From: an uncultured Roseburia sp.
Lineage (GTDB): Bacteria; Bacillota; Clostridia; Lachnospirales; Lachnospiraceae
Length of the DNA: 64,000 nucleotides
Reading direction: 5' to 3'
Assembly (NCBI GenBank): GCA_947246475.1
Contig: CAMXSH010000004.1
Location: forward strand, 26,701 to 90,700
The notes below the pieces were generated by a model. The model did no database searches, was not told the DNA's origin, and saw only the letters and a list, made by a program, of their open reading frames with translations. Shown here in pieces: positions 1 to 10,252 of this stretch. The number at the start of each line of letters is the position of its first letter. Position 1 is the first letter of the stretch. The translations under genes were made by a program, and so were the position numbers.

Positions 1-59
1 AATTTGTAGCGTTGATTGCAGATAAGATACGACTAGAGCAGAAAATGCGTGCGAATTAA
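1..59 (+). CDS. 3' end of a Spo0A-like (Spo0A C-terminal domain) gene, truncated by the window start
   Basis: Frame from base 3 reads FVALIADKIRLEQKMRAN*, resembling the Spo0A C-terminal signature (EFIAxxADKLRL). Only 18 codons are visible. Confidence 0.6.
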   Translation, partial: FVALIADKIRLEQKMRAN

Positions 60-147
60 AAGATTTTCCAGACAGGAAAGCTGACAAGGTGATTCCTGGT
101 ACTGGTAAACTGTATATACAAAAAATTTCAAAGGCTGAGGTGAAAAG

Positions 148-188
148 AACACCATCATGAATTCCAGATACCTGTTCATGATGGTGTT
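148..188 (+). terminator. Intrinsic terminator-like hairpin after the Spo0A-like gene
   Basis: 14-bp inverted repeat AACACCATCATGAA / TTCATGATGGTGTT followed by a T-rich stretch. Confidence 0.7.
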
Positions 189-323
189 TTTGCATTTGTG
201 CGGATCGTAACCAGGAGTTTTTTATGTGGAGCTGCCAGTTTGCAAGACACTGGTTGCATTTTCGGGATTTTTCTTATATAATTATAAATATGCGACAAAA
301 AACATCTGAAAGGGTTGGTATGT

Positions 324-2648
324 ATGGCAGAAGACAGACAAAGTGAATTGATAGAAAAATTTGATACAGGTGAACTGTCCCAGGATATTATTCCACCCAA
401 TTTTACTGATCCTGATGTGTTGTTCGAAGTTTTGAAAAAGATCATTCTCACCGATCATCCAGGTGGCGATCTGGTGATCATCAAAAAAGCATACGAGCTT
501 GCCAAAGAGGCGCATAAGGACCAGCGGCGCAAATCCGGGGAACCGTATCTTATCCATCCAGTATGTGTGGCGATCATACTCGCCCAGATCGATATGGATG
601 AGGAGACGATTGTGGGAGGGCTGCTCCATGATGTAGTAGAAGATACCAAATACACAGTGGAAGATATCACCGAAATGTTTAGTGAAGAAATTGCCTTGAT
701 GGTGGACGGTGTCACCAAACTGACCCAGTTGAATTATTCGGCAGATAAGCTGGATGTTCAGGCAGAAAATCTCAGAAAAATGTTTCTCGCCATGGCAAAA
801 GATATCCGTGTGATCATCATAAAACTGGCAGACCGTCTGCACAACATGCGGACGCTCCAGTTTATGAAGCCGGAAAAGCAGAAGGAAAAGGCCAGGGAGA
901 CGATGGACATTTACGCACCTATCGCCCACCGTCTCGGTATTTCCAAGGTGAAAGTAGAACTGGATGATCTTTCCCTGCAGTATCTGGAGCCGGAGGCATA
1001 CCAGGAACTGACAGACAAATTCAATCACATGCGTGTCCGCAAAGAGACCTTTGTCAAAGATATTATGGCAGAGGTGCGGGAACATCTGGAGGAGGCACAG
1101 ATCGCCGCCACCATTGACGGCCGTGTGAAACATCTGTTCAGTATTTACCGGAAAATGGTGAATCAGGACAAAACGCTGGATCAGATCTATGATCTGTTTG
1201 CGGTGCGTATCATTGTGGATACCGAGCAGCAGTGCTATACGGCACTGGGTATTATTCATGAGATGTATAAACCAATTCCGGGAAGGTTCAAGGACTACAT
1301 AGCGATGCCGAAGCCGAACCACTACCAGTCGCTGCATACCACGCTGATCAGTCCCAATGGCCAGCCCTTTGAGATCCAGATCCGGACTTATGAGATGCAT
1401 CAGACGGCGGAGTATGGTATTGCTGCCCACTGGAAATATAAGGAGAGCAAGGGAAGCGAAGAAAGCGTCGAAAATGATGAGGCTAAGATGACATGGCTCC
1501 GCCAGATTCTGGAATGGCAGCGGGATATGTCGGATAACAAAGAATTTCTGAGCCTGATCAAGAGTGATCTGAACCTGTTTTCGGACAGTGTATATTGTTT
1601 TACACCAAACGGCGATGTAAAGACGCTTCCTGCTGGATCCACTACCATCGACTTTGCCTATGCGGTGCACACTGCCGTGGGAAATAAGATGGTGGGTGCC
1701 AGAGTGAACGGAAATCTTGTGAAGCCGGATTATCAGATCCAGAACGGCGACCGCATCGAGATCAATACGTCCCAGAACAGCAAGGGACCGAGCCGCGACT
1801 GGCTGTCCATCGTCAAAAGTACTCAGGCGAAAAACAAGATTAACCAGTGGTTCCGCAGTGAGTTCAAAGAAGAAAACATTGTCCGGGGAAAAGAGCTGCT
1901 GGTTCAGTATGCGAAAACCAAAAGCATCGATCTGTATAAACTGGTGAAACCAGAATATGTTGAGGCGTGCAAACGCAAGTACGGTTTCAAGGATTGGGAT
2001 TCTGTCTGTGCCGCCATTGGTCATGGCGGTCTGAAAGAGGGACAGGTGATCAACAAATTACAATACGAGTACGATAAAAAGAACAAAAGAATCGTCTCAG
2101 ATGAACAGGTACTTGAGGTGATCGAGAGCGCCAAGGAGGCAAAGGCTGCCAAGGAAGCCAGTCGGAATAATGGCGTCTCCAAAAGTAAGAGTGGTATCAT
2201 CGTGGAAGGTCTTGATGATCTTGCAGTACGGTTTTCCCGATGCTGTAATCCAGTGCCGGGAGACGAGATTGTTGGTTTTGTCACCAGGGGGCGGGGGGTA
2301 TCTATTCACCGGACGGACTGTGTCAATATGATCCATCTTCCGGTGGAAGAGAGAAACCGGCTGATTGAGGCAGAGTGGAGTGTGGAGGCGAAGAAGAATC
2401 AGGAATACTATCCAGTGGAGATCGTGATATATTCCTACAATCGTAGTGGTGTTCTCTTTGATGTGTCCAGAATCTTTACAGAAAATGAAATTGATGTGAA
2501 ATCCATGAATGTCCGGACTACAAAACAAGAAAAGGCGACAATTGTAGTTGGATTTGAGACGAAAGGTGTAGAACAGTTGAATAAACTGGTGAAAAAACTG
2601 CGTGGAGTGGAGAGTGTCATCGATATTGAGAGACGCTCCAACGGGTGA
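324..2648 (+). CDS. rel: Bifunctional (p)ppGpp synthetase/hydrolase (Rel/SpoT homologue)
   Basis: HD hydrolase motif (LLHDVVED), KLADRLHNMRT, synthetase motifs (GRVKHLFSI, YQSLHTT, EIQIRT), TGS region, CC motif and C-terminal ACT. ATG 324 preferred to TTG 315. Confidence 0.97.
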   Translation: MAEDRQSELIEKFDTGELSQDIIPPNFTDPDVLFEVLKKIILTDHPGGDLVIIKKAYELAKEAHKDQRRKSGEPYLIHPVCVAIILAQIDMDEETIVGGLLHDVVEDTKYTVEDITEMFSEEIALMVDGVTKLTQLNYSADKLDVQAENLRKMFLAMAKDIRVIIIKLADRLHNMRTLQFMKPEKQKEKARETMDIYAPIAHRLGISKVKVELDDLSLQYLEPEAYQELTDKFNHMRVRKETFVKDIMAEVREHLEEAQIAATIDGRVKHLFSIYRKMVNQDKTLDQIYDLFAVRIIVDTEQQCYTALGIIHEMYKPIPGRFKDYIAMPKPNHYQSLHTTLISPNGQPFEIQIRTYEMHQTAEYGIAAHWKYKESKGSEESVENDEAKMTWLRQILEWQRDMSDNKEFLSLIKSDLNLFSDSVYCFTPNGDVKTLPAGSTTIDFAYAVHTAVGNKMVGARVNGNLVKPDYQIQNGDRIEINTSQNSKGPSRDWLSIVKSTQAKNKINQWFRSEFKEENIVRGKELLVQYAKTKSIDLYKLVKPEYVEACKRKYGFKDWDSVCAAIGHGGLKEGQVINKLQYEYDKKNKRIVSDEQVLEVIESAKEAKAAKEASRNNGVSKSKSGIIVEGLDDLAVRFSRCCNPVPGDEIVGFVTRGRGVSIHRTDCVNMIHLPVEERNRLIEAEWSVEAKKNQEYYPVEIVIYSYNRSGVLFDVSRIFTENEIDVKSMNVRTTKQEKATIVVGFETKGVEQLNKLVKKLRGVESVIDIERRSNG

Positions 2649-2698
2649 TCCTATGGTGGTTTGAGAAGACTGCCAGAATGGCAGAAAGGAGGTTTAAT

Positions 2699-3340
2699 AT
2701 GTTATTAAACGGAATTGAAATTGATTCTATCGTTGTAGGTGGAGTTGGTACAAACTGCTATATTGTGAGACGGGAAAACAGCGATCAGTGTGTTGTGCTG
2801 GATCCGGGATACAGCGGTAGAAAGATTGCCAGACATATCCATAATGAGGGATGTAAACTGGAGGATGTGCTTCTGACCCATGGACATTTTGACCATATGA
2901 TGGGAGTGACATTTTTGATGGAAGAGGCAGGAGGCAGACTGTGCGCTTTCAAGGACGAGCAGGCGGTGTTGGAAGATCCTGGACTGAATGTGACGGCGAT
3001 GGCAGGCAGTGCCATGACGCTGCAGGCAGATGTGTATTTCCGGGATGGACAAGTATATGAGACGGCTGGTATGAAGTTTACCGTGATCCATACCCCAGGA
3101 CATACGAAGGGGAGCTGCTGTTATTACTTAAAAGATGAGGGTATACTGTTCAGCGGGGATACTTTGTTTCTGGAATCTGTGGGAAGGACGGATCTGCCTA
3201 CCGGCAATGACCGCCAGATTATAGAATCCCTGAAAGAAAAAGTGCTGACTCTTCCCGATGAAGTAAAAGTATTTCCAGGCCATGGACCGGCGACAGAGAT
3301 CGGGTATGAGAGGGAAAATAACCCTTATGCCGCCATGTAA
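2699..3340 (+). CDS. Metallo-beta-lactamase-fold hydrolase (glyoxalase II-like)
   Basis: THGHFDH, HTPGHT, FSGDTLF and PGHG motifs. AGGAGG RBS precedes ATG 2699. Confidence 0.9.
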   Translation: MLLNGIEIDSIVVGGVGTNCYIVRRENSDQCVVLDPGYSGRKIARHIHNEGCKLEDVLLTHGHFDHMMGVTFLMEEAGGRLCAFKDEQAVLEDPGLNVTAMAGSAMTLQADVYFRDGQVYETAGMKFTVIHTPGHTKGSCCYYLKDEGILFSGDTLFLESVGRTDLPTGNDRQIIESLKEKVLTLPDEVKVFPGHGPATEIGYERENNPYAAM

Positions 3341-3355
3341 AGGACAGGGACTGAC

Positions 3356-4780
3356 ATGATTCATATTACCATCAAAGACAATGAGTTTTCCTATGATCTG
3401 AAGGCGCTTGCCATGGTGTTTTTCCCGGAACAGGAGTGTCACGTAGAAGAAGATCCGGCGCTGCTTCTTAGAAGGGGATTTACCATGGTGATCCGAATCG
3501 ATGGGGAAAAGCCTTTGGAGGAGTTTCTGCCCGCTCCCTATACAAAAAATGAAGTAAAGCAGAAGGCATACCATTATTTCAGCAGGGTCTGTGACAGGAC
3601 GCTGCCATGGGGCATCCTAACGGGGATCCGTCCGGCTAAGATTCCCTTCCGCAGGATTCTTGAGGGGAAGGGGAGGCAGGAGATTCTCCAGGAACTGGAA
3701 GAAGAATATTTTTGCGTCAGGGAGAAAGCGCAGCTGGCTGTAGATGTGGCGGGTAAAGAAGTGAGGATGACACAGGGAATGGATCACGAACGCAGTGTCA
3801 GCATTTATATAGGTATTCCCTTTTGTCCGAGCATCTGCGCCTACTGTTCTTTTTCCTCTTATCCCCTTAAGCAGTACGAAAACAAGACCGATGCTTATCT
3901 GGATGCCCTGGAAAAAGAGATCACCTATGTAGGAGAACATCTGGGAGGAAGGCGGCTGCAGACGGTCTACATCGGTGGCGGGACGCCTACATCCCTGACA
4001 GAAGCACAGCTGGAACGGCTGTTTGACATGATAGAAGACCATTTTCCCCTGAATGAGGTGCGGGAGTATACTGTGGAGGCAGGACGTCCGGACAGTATTA
4101 CGGAGGGCAAGCTGAGGTGTATGAGGAATCACAAGGTATCGAGGATCTCCATCAATCCCCAGAGCATGAAACAGAATACGCTGGATCTGCTGGGGAGGAG
4201 ACATACCACAGAACAGATTCGGGATACATTTCAGATGGCGAGGAATCTCGGCTTCGACAATATCAATATGGATCTGATCCTGGGACTGCCAGAGGAGACA
4301 CTGGAAGACTTTAAATACACTCTTTCAGAGGTGGATGCAATGGGACCGGACAGCATAACGATCCATACGCTGGTGATCAAACGGGCATCCCGGATCCGGA
4401 AGGAAAAGCTGGAGCAGGGCGGCAAGATCAGCGATGAGGACGCCTGTATCCCACAAATGCAGGAATATTCTGAGAAATTCTGCCGGGAACACGGATATGA
4501 ACCCTACTATATGTACCGTCAGAAAAACAAGGCGGTGACCAGCCGGAATACCAATCAGGAAAATGTGGCATATGCCAGACCGGGTAAGGAGTGCATTTAC
4601 AATGTACTCATGATGGAAGAACTCCAGACGATACTGGCTTTGGGCTGCGGCGGCTCATCCAAGTATGTCTTCCATGAAGAGGACAGGATGGAGCGGGTGG
4701 AAAATGTAAAAAGCGTAGATGACTACATAAGTAGAATAGATGAAATGATCCAGCGAAAACTACCGTTGTCGTCAGAATAA
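3356..4780 (+). CDS. hemZ: Radical SAM coproporphyrinogen dehydrogenase-like protein HemZ
   Basis: CPSICAYCSF (CxxxCxxC), LPWGILTGIRP, YIGGGTPT and PYYMYRQK motifs; usual position between the MBL gene and hisS. Confidence 0.9.
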   Translation: MIHITIKDNEFSYDLKALAMVFFPEQECHVEEDPALLLRRGFTMVIRIDGEKPLEEFLPAPYTKNEVKQKAYHYFSRVCDRTLPWGILTGIRPAKIPFRRILEGKGRQEILQELEEEYFCVREKAQLAVDVAGKEVRMTQGMDHERSVSIYIGIPFCPSICAYCSFSSYPLKQYENKTDAYLDALEKEITYVGEHLGGRRLQTVYIGGGTPTSLTEAQLERLFDMIEDHFPLNEVREYTVEAGRPDSITEGKLRCMRNHKVSRISINPQSMKQNTLDLLGRRHTTEQIRDTFQMARNLGFDNINMDLILGLPEETLEDFKYTLSEVDAMGPDSITIHTLVIKRASRIRKEKLEQGGKISDEDACIPQMQEYSEKFCREHGYEPYYMYRQKNKAVTSRNTNQENVAYARPGKECIYNVLMMEELQTILALGCGGSSKYVFHEEDRMERVENVKSVDDYISRIDEMIQRKLPLSSE

Positions 4781-4814
4781 AATCCTGCCAAGGAAAAGGA
4801 AAAGAGGTATAGAG

Positions 4815-6065
4815 ATGGCATTAAAAAAGAAACCAGTCACGGGGATGAAGGATATTCTTCCCAGAGAGATGGAGATACGTGATTATGTGATCAGGCTGAT
4901 CAAGGAGACTTATGGGACCTATGGATTTTCTTCCATCGAGACTCCCTGTGTAGAACACATTGAGAGCCTGTGCAGTAAGCAGGGGGGCGAAAATGAAAAG
5001 CTGATCTTTAAGATCCTGAAGCGGGGTGAGAAGCTTAAGCTGGATACTGCAGAATGTGAAGCGGATCTGGTAGACAGCGGCCTGCGGTATGATCTGACGG
5101 TACCCCTCTCCAGGTATTATGCAAATAATTCCAGTGAACTGAGCGCTCCTTTCAAGGCGTTGCAGATGGGCAGTGTGTGGCGGGCGGACCGCCCCCAGAG
5201 GGGTCGTTTCCGTCAGTTTATGCAGTGTGATATCGATATTCTGGGAGAGCCTTCTATTCTGGCAGAGATCGAACTGATTCTCGCCACCACCACGCTGCTT
5301 GGAAAACTTGATTTTAAAAATTTTACCATTCGTATCAACAACCGTAAGATGTTAAAGGCGATGGCAGCGTATTGTGGATTTGCAGAAGGAGAGTATGACA
5401 ACGTATTTATCATATTGGATAAGATGGACAAGATTGGTATGGACGGGGTACAGGAAGAACTGCTGGCTGCCGGTTATGAAAAGGAAGCTGTGGACCGGTG
5501 CATCGATCTGTTCCAGACAGTGACCAACGATATTGACGGCGTCCGGTATCTCAAAGAGACGCTGGGAGATCATTTGGAAGCGGGAACAGCGGAGGATATG
5601 GAGACCATTATTTCCATGGTGGAAGAGACAAAGACGGCAGATTTTAAAATGTGTTTTGATCCCACCCTGGTGCGGGGAATGGGGTATTACACAGGACCTA
5701 TTTTCGAGATCTCCATGGATGAGTTCGGCGGTTCAGTGGGCGGCGGAGGACGCTACGATGAGATGATCGGTAAATTTATGGGAAGTGACACCTGTGCCTG
5801 TGGATTTTCAATCGGTTTTGAGAGAATCGTCATGCTGCTTTTAGAACGGGATTTTAATGTTCCAACGGCAGCTAAGAAAAAGGCTTATCTCATCGAAAAG
5901 AAGGCATCTCCAGAGAAGATGAAAGAAGTGCTTTTGCAAGCCCAGAGGGAGCGGGATGCCGGTTACCGGATCAGTATCAATGTGATGAAAAAGAACAAAA
6001 AATTTCAGAAAGAACTTTTGGCAAAGGATGGCTACACTCAGATCGAGGAATTCTTTGCAGATTAA
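4815..6065 (+). CDS. hisS: Histidine-tRNA ligase
   Basis: LRYDLTVP, WRADRPQRGRFRQFMQCDID, RGMGYYTG and GGGRYD motifs. Confidence 0.97.
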   Translation: MALKKKPVTGMKDILPREMEIRDYVIRLIKETYGTYGFSSIETPCVEHIESLCSKQGGENEKLIFKILKRGEKLKLDTAECEADLVDSGLRYDLTVPLSRYYANNSSELSAPFKALQMGSVWRADRPQRGRFRQFMQCDIDILGEPSILAEIELILATTTLLGKLDFKNFTIRINNRKMLKAMAAYCGFAEGEYDNVFIILDKMDKIGMDGVQEELLAAGYEKEAVDRCIDLFQTVTNDIDGVRYLKETLGDHLEAGTAEDMETIISMVEETKTADFKMCFDPTLVRGMGYYTGPIFEISMDEFGGSVGGGGRYDEMIGKFMGSDTCACGFSIGFERIVMLLLERDFNVPTAAKKKAYLIEKKASPEKMKEVLLQAQRERDAGYRISINVMKKNKKFQKELLAKDGYTQIEEFFAD

Positions 6066-6132
6066 TATGCTACCAGGGTCAAAAGGTATTTTGACCCAAC
6101 ATCATTAATATATGAGCTAAAGGAGAATGACA

Positions 6133-7944
6133 ATGGCAGAATCAATGAAGGGCTTAAAGCGTACCTGCCGATGCGCGGAGCTCACGACAAATCATATCGG
6201 TCAGACTGTGACAGTTATGGGCTGGGTGCAGAAGAGCAGAAATAAAGGAGGTATCATTTTTGTGGACCTCAGGGACCGGTCCGGGATCATCCAGCTGATC
6301 TTTGAGGAGGGTGATGCCGGGACAGAGGCCTTTGAGAAGGCTGCTAAGCTGCGTGCTGAGTTTGTAGCAGCGGTGACAGGTGTAGTGGAAAAACGTTCTG
6401 GCGCCGTCAATGAGAATCTTGTGACTGGCGCCATCGAGGTGAGGGCAAAGGACATCCGGATCCTTTCCGAATCAGAGACGCCGCCTTTCCCTGTGGAGGA
6501 GAACAGCAGGACGAAGGATGAGCTTCGGCTGCGTTATCGTTTTCTGGATCTGCGCCGCCCGGATCTTCAGCGTAATCTGATCATGCGGAGCAGGATTGCT
6601 ATGCTGACCAGACAGTTTCTCGCAGATGAGGGATTTTTAGAGATCGAGACGCCGATGCTTACCAAGAGTACGCCGGAGGGAGCCAGGGATTATCTTGTTC
6701 CCAGCCGTGTGCATCCGGGGAATTTTTATGCCCTTCCCCAATCGCCGCAGCTGTTTAAACAGCTTCTGATGTGTTCTGGCTATGACCGCTATTTCCAGAT
6801 CACCAAATGTTTCCGCGACGAGGATCTGCGTGCAGACCGCCAGCCGGAATTCACCCAGATCGATATGGAGTTCTCCTTTGTGGATGAAGATGATGTGATT
6901 GATGTAAATGAACGTCTTCTCCAGAAGCTGTTCCAGGAGGTTCTTGGCGTGGAGCTGTCCCTGCCATTTCCGCGTATGACCTGGCAGGAAGCCATGGACC
7001 GTTATGGTTCTGACAAACCGGATACCCGGTTTGGCATGGAGTTAAAAGATGTGACAGAGACCGTGAAGGGCTGTGGTTTTGGTGTATTTACCGGAGCGGT
7101 CGAAGCGGGAGGTTCTGTCCGGGGGATCAATGCCAAGGGACAGGGGGCGATGCCCAGAAAGAAGATCGACGCCCTTGTGGATTTTGCCAAAGAATATGGG
7201 GCAAAGGGGCTTGCCTATCTGTGTGTGAATGAGGATGGCAGCTATAAATCATCCTTTGCTAAATTTATGACAGAAGAGGAGCTGAAAGCGCTGGTCTGTG
7301 CCATGGAGGGAGAGCCGGGAGACCTGCTTCTCTTTGCGGCGGATAAAAATAAAGTGGTATATGATGTTCTTGGAAACCTTCGTCTGGAGCTTGCCAGAAA
7401 AATGGAGCTTCTGGATAAGAACGTATATCATTTCCTCTGGGTAACGGAGTTTCCGCTTCTGGAGTACAACGAAGACCTGGGACGCTATCAGGCGATGCAC
7501 CATCCTTTTACGATGCCGATGGAAGAGGATCTTGGGCTGATCGATACAGATCCGGGCAAAGTGCGGGCGAGAGCCTATGATATCGTACTGAACGGTACAG
7601 AGCTTGGCGGTGGTTCGGTGCGTATCCATCAGAACGATGTTCAGGAAAAAATGTTCGAGGCTCTTGGATTTGCCAGGGAAACTGCATATGAGCAGTTTGG
7701 TTTTCTGCTAAATGCGTTTAAGTACGGGGTGCCGCCTCACGCGGGACTTGCTTATGGTCTGGACCGTCTCGTGATGCTTATGGCGAAAGAGGACAACATT
7801 CGGGAAGTGATCGCCTTTCCAAAGGTAAAGGATGCTTCTTGTCTCCTGACAGAGGCGCCGAATGTGGTAGATGAGAAACAATTAGAAGAACTTGGAATTG
7901 ACATCCGCCCGGATGCAGCAGAGGCGGCGGAATCAAATAAATAA
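6133..7944 (+). CDS. aspS: Aspartate-tRNA ligase
   Basis: OB domain (FVDLRDRSG), STPEGARDY, ALPQSPQLFKQLLM, CFRDEDLRADRQPEFTQID and PPHAGLAYGLDR motifs. Confidence 0.98.
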   Translation: MAESMKGLKRTCRCAELTTNHIGQTVTVMGWVQKSRNKGGIIFVDLRDRSGIIQLIFEEGDAGTEAFEKAAKLRAEFVAAVTGVVEKRSGAVNENLVTGAIEVRAKDIRILSESETPPFPVEENSRTKDELRLRYRFLDLRRPDLQRNLIMRSRIAMLTRQFLADEGFLEIETPMLTKSTPEGARDYLVPSRVHPGNFYALPQSPQLFKQLLMCSGYDRYFQITKCFRDEDLRADRQPEFTQIDMEFSFVDEDDVIDVNERLLQKLFQEVLGVELSLPFPRMTWQEAMDRYGSDKPDTRFGMELKDVTETVKGCGFGVFTGAVEAGGSVRGINAKGQGAMPRKKIDALVDFAKEYGAKGLAYLCVNEDGSYKSSFAKFMTEEELKALVCAMEGEPGDLLLFAADKNKVVYDVLGNLRLELARKMELLDKNVYHFLWVTEFPLLEYNEDLGRYQAMHHPFTMPMEEDLGLIDTDPGKVRARAYDIVLNGTELGGGSVRIHQNDVQEKMFEALGFARETAYEQFGFLLNAFKYGVPPHAGLAYGLDRLVMLMAKEDNIREVIAFPKVKDASCLLTEAPNVVDEKQLEELGIDIRPDAAEAAESNK

Positions 7945-7962
7945 TAGCAGGAGGTAAGTAAG

Positions 7963-9000
7963 GTGAGTGTGACAACAAGTAATTTTGGGACGACGAAGGA
8001 TGGGAAAGAGGTAACGCTCTATGCCATTGAAAACAAAAATGGAATGAAGGCAGAAGTGATCGATTATGGGGCAAATATTGTCAGACTGTTTGTACCGGAC
8101 AAAGAGGGCAGGCTGGACGATGTTGTACTGGGGTTTGATGATGTGGCTGGCTATGAAGGGAATGGCTGCTTCTTTGGATCCTTTATCGGAAGACATGGAA
8201 ACCGGATCGGGGATGCCAGATTTGAATTAAATGGTGTTACTTATGAGCTGGAGAAAAACGATGGAAAGAATAACCTTCACGGTGGAACACCAGGATATAA
8301 CCATGTGATGTATGAGGCGGCAGCTATGGACAACAGCGTGACCTTCTATAGAGTCAGCCCGGACATGGAGCAGGGGTATCCGGGAAATCTGGAAATCAGC
8401 GTAACCTATACAGTGACAGATGAGAACGAGCTCAAGATCAGTTATCTGGCAAAATCTGATAAGGATACACTTTGTAATGTGACAAATCATTCGTATTTTA
8501 ATCTTAAAGGACACGACGGCGGAGAGATCACAGATCACAAAGTGTGGATCCAGGCAAAGGGCTTCACGGAGACTACAGATGATCTGATCCCCAATGGAAA
8601 TATTGTGGATGTGACGGGAACTCCGATGGATTTCCGCGAGAAAAAAGCGATCGGGGATGATATAGAGGCGGATTATAAGCCTCTTAAGATCGCAGGTGGT
8701 TATGATCATAACTTTGCCCTGGACAAAACTCCAGGCAAGGTAGAGAAGGTGGCAGAACTTTCGGAGGAAACTACAGGACGTACTATGGAAGTCTATACGG
8801 ATCTTCCAGGTATGCAGCTCTATACCGGAAACTTTATTCAAAAAGAAAATGGAAAAAATGGCACGGAGTACACGAAGAGAACAGGAGTATGCTTTGAGAC
8901 ACAGTTTTTCCCGAATTCTGTGAACGTGCCAGCTTTTGATTCCTGTGTACTGAAAGCTGGGGATGCTTTTGCCAGCACGACCATCTACCGGTTTTGTTAA
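7963..9000 (+). CDS. galM: Aldose 1-epimerase (galactose mutarotase)
   Basis: GRHGNRI, NLHGG, GYPGNL, TNHSYFNL, GYDHNF and CFETQ motifs. Confidence 0.93.
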   Translation: MSVTTSNFGTTKDGKEVTLYAIENKNGMKAEVIDYGANIVRLFVPDKEGRLDDVVLGFDDVAGYEGNGCFFGSFIGRHGNRIGDARFELNGVTYELEKNDGKNNLHGGTPGYNHVMYEAAAMDNSVTFYRVSPDMEQGYPGNLEISVTYTVTDENELKISYLAKSDKDTLCNVTNHSYFNLKGHDGGEITDHKVWIQAKGFTETTDDLIPNGNIVDVTGTPMDFREKKAIGDDIEADYKPLKIAGGYDHNFALDKTPGKVEKVAELSEETTGRTMEVYTDLPGMQLYTGNFIQKENGKNGTEYTKRTGVCFETQFFPNSVNVPAFDSCVLKAGDAFASTTIYRFC

Positions 9001-9036
9001 AAATCATACATTCTTATATGTATAACGAAACAAGAT

Positions 9037-9510
9037 GTGGGCGAATACTATAAGGATAAGGATACAAACCGAAGGAGAAAAGTTTTGAACAGTGTTTTGG
9101 GGAAATTGATCCAGAAAGAATTTGGGAGAAATAAATATAAAATATACTGCAGCAAGCTGGACCAGAAAGAATGCATGGATATCTTCTGTGACATTTATCT
9201 GGAATTGCACCGGATATCGGAAGACAAACTAAGCGACAGGCTGTTATGCCTGCTTCGGACCGTCCAGCTGTCGGTCAAGATCAGTCAGATATTTTTCTAT
9301 ATAACGGTTGGTTTTCTGGCAGCGATACTCACGATATCCATGATCCCGGTTCTGCTGGAGATCAAGGCGGTGGGCATCGGAGCCCTGACGGTCATGTATT
9401 TTTATAAGCTGGCAGAGTATATGAGAAACCGTTATTGTGACAGAGATGTCCGTCTTGTATTAATCTATAAGACAGCGTTGTTTCATTTGCTGTCAGAGGA
9501 AGGGAAGTAG
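9037..9510 (+). CDS. Hypothetical membrane protein (two predicted TM helices)
   Basis: 157-aa ORF in operon context with hydrophobic segments IFFYITVGFLAAILTISMIPV and IGALTVMYFY. No family recognised. Confidence 0.6.
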   Translation: MGEYYKDKDTNRRRKVLNSVLGKLIQKEFGRNKYKIYCSKLDQKECMDIFCDIYLELHRISEDKLSDRLLCLLRTVQLSVKISQIFFYITVGFLAAILTISMIPVLLEIKAVGIGALTVMYFYKLAEYMRNRYCDRDVRLVLIYKTALFHLLSEEGK

Positions 9511-9515
9511 GAAGG

Positions 9516-10193
9516 ATGAAGCGAACGCGGCTCAGGGATAGAGATCTCCCGGATTATACAAGGGGAGAAGAAATTTTTAATATGGTATCCCATATCGTGG
9601 GAGGGGCTCTCGCGATTGCGGCACTGGTGCTTTGTGTGATATTTTCTGCGCTGAGGGGGGACGCCTGGAGTGTTGCTGCTTCAGCCATATATGGAGCCAT
9701 GATGGTGTTACTGTATACCATGTCCAGTATTTATCATGGTCTGACATCTGAGATGGTTAAAAAAGTATTTCAGGTGATCGACCACTGTACCATCTATTTT
9801 CTGATCGCAGGAACCTATACTCCCATCACTCTTGTGGGTCTGCGCAAAGTGGATCCGGTCATTGGCTTTGTGGTTTTTGGCATCGTGTGGGGATGCTGTC
9901 TGGTGGCGGCGACGCTCACAGCCATTGATCTGGAAAAATATAAGAAGCTGGCGATGATCTGTTATCTTGGCATGGGCTGGTGCATTATCTTCTTTATCCG
10001 GCCCACGATGCAGGCGCTGGGACCGGGAGGAATGGTGTATCTCATCACGGGAGGGCTCGCCTATACCATCGGTGCCGCGTTATATGGTGTGGGGAAGAGA
10101 AAAAGGTATATCCACTCCCTGTTTCATCTTTTTGTGATCGCGGGAAGTGTACTGCATTTCTTTATGATATTATTTTATGTAATCTTGTCCTAA
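9516..10193 (+). CDS. Hemolysin III / PAQR family membrane protein
   Basis: EEIFNMVSH, SSIYHG, DHCTIYFLIAGTYTP and HSLFHLFV motifs; about 7 TM segments. Confidence 0.92.
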   Translation: MKRTRLRDRDLPDYTRGEEIFNMVSHIVGGALAIAALVLCVIFSALRGDAWSVAASAIYGAMMVLLYTMSSIYHGLTSEMVKKVFQVIDHCTIYFLIAGTYTPITLVGLRKVDPVIGFVVFGIVWGCCLVAATLTAIDLEKYKKLAMICYLGMGWCIIFFIRPTMQALGPGGMVYLITGGLAYTIGAALYGVGKRKRYIHSLFHLFVIAGSVLHFFMILFYVILS

Positions 10194-10252
10194 GCCAGCG
10201 ACTCTGCCGGGCTGGCAGGATGGCGTGCCTCAGGCACAGGAAGGAGTAAAAA

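Noticed and set aside
60-320. Riboswitch or ncRNA in the rel leader
   Set aside because: Only a terminator hairpin (148-188) and short weak complementarities were seen; no recognisable aptamer consensus.
282-2024. 580-aa minus-strand ORF opposite rel (also 10190-11167, 16930-17931, 20034-20957, 28028-29047, 59361-60077, 63076-63996 and many shorter ones)
   Set aside because: These are antisense shadows of well-supported genes, with no RBS, motifs or protein-like composition. Such long stop-free antisense frames are expected from codon bias.
2648-2699. dtd missing between rel and the MBL gene
   Set aside because: There is no remnant or room for it. Gene-order variation of this kind is common and dtd may lie elsewhere.
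4780-6133. T-box riboswitch upstream of hisS/aspS (or argS)
   Set aside because: The intergenic gaps are only about 35-70 nt and no T-box consensus (AGGGTGGNACCGCG-like) is present.
9516-10193. 'Hemolysin' as a virulence factor
   Set aside because: Hemolysin III/PAQR proteins are widespread housekeeping membrane proteins; nothing here indicates a toxin locus.
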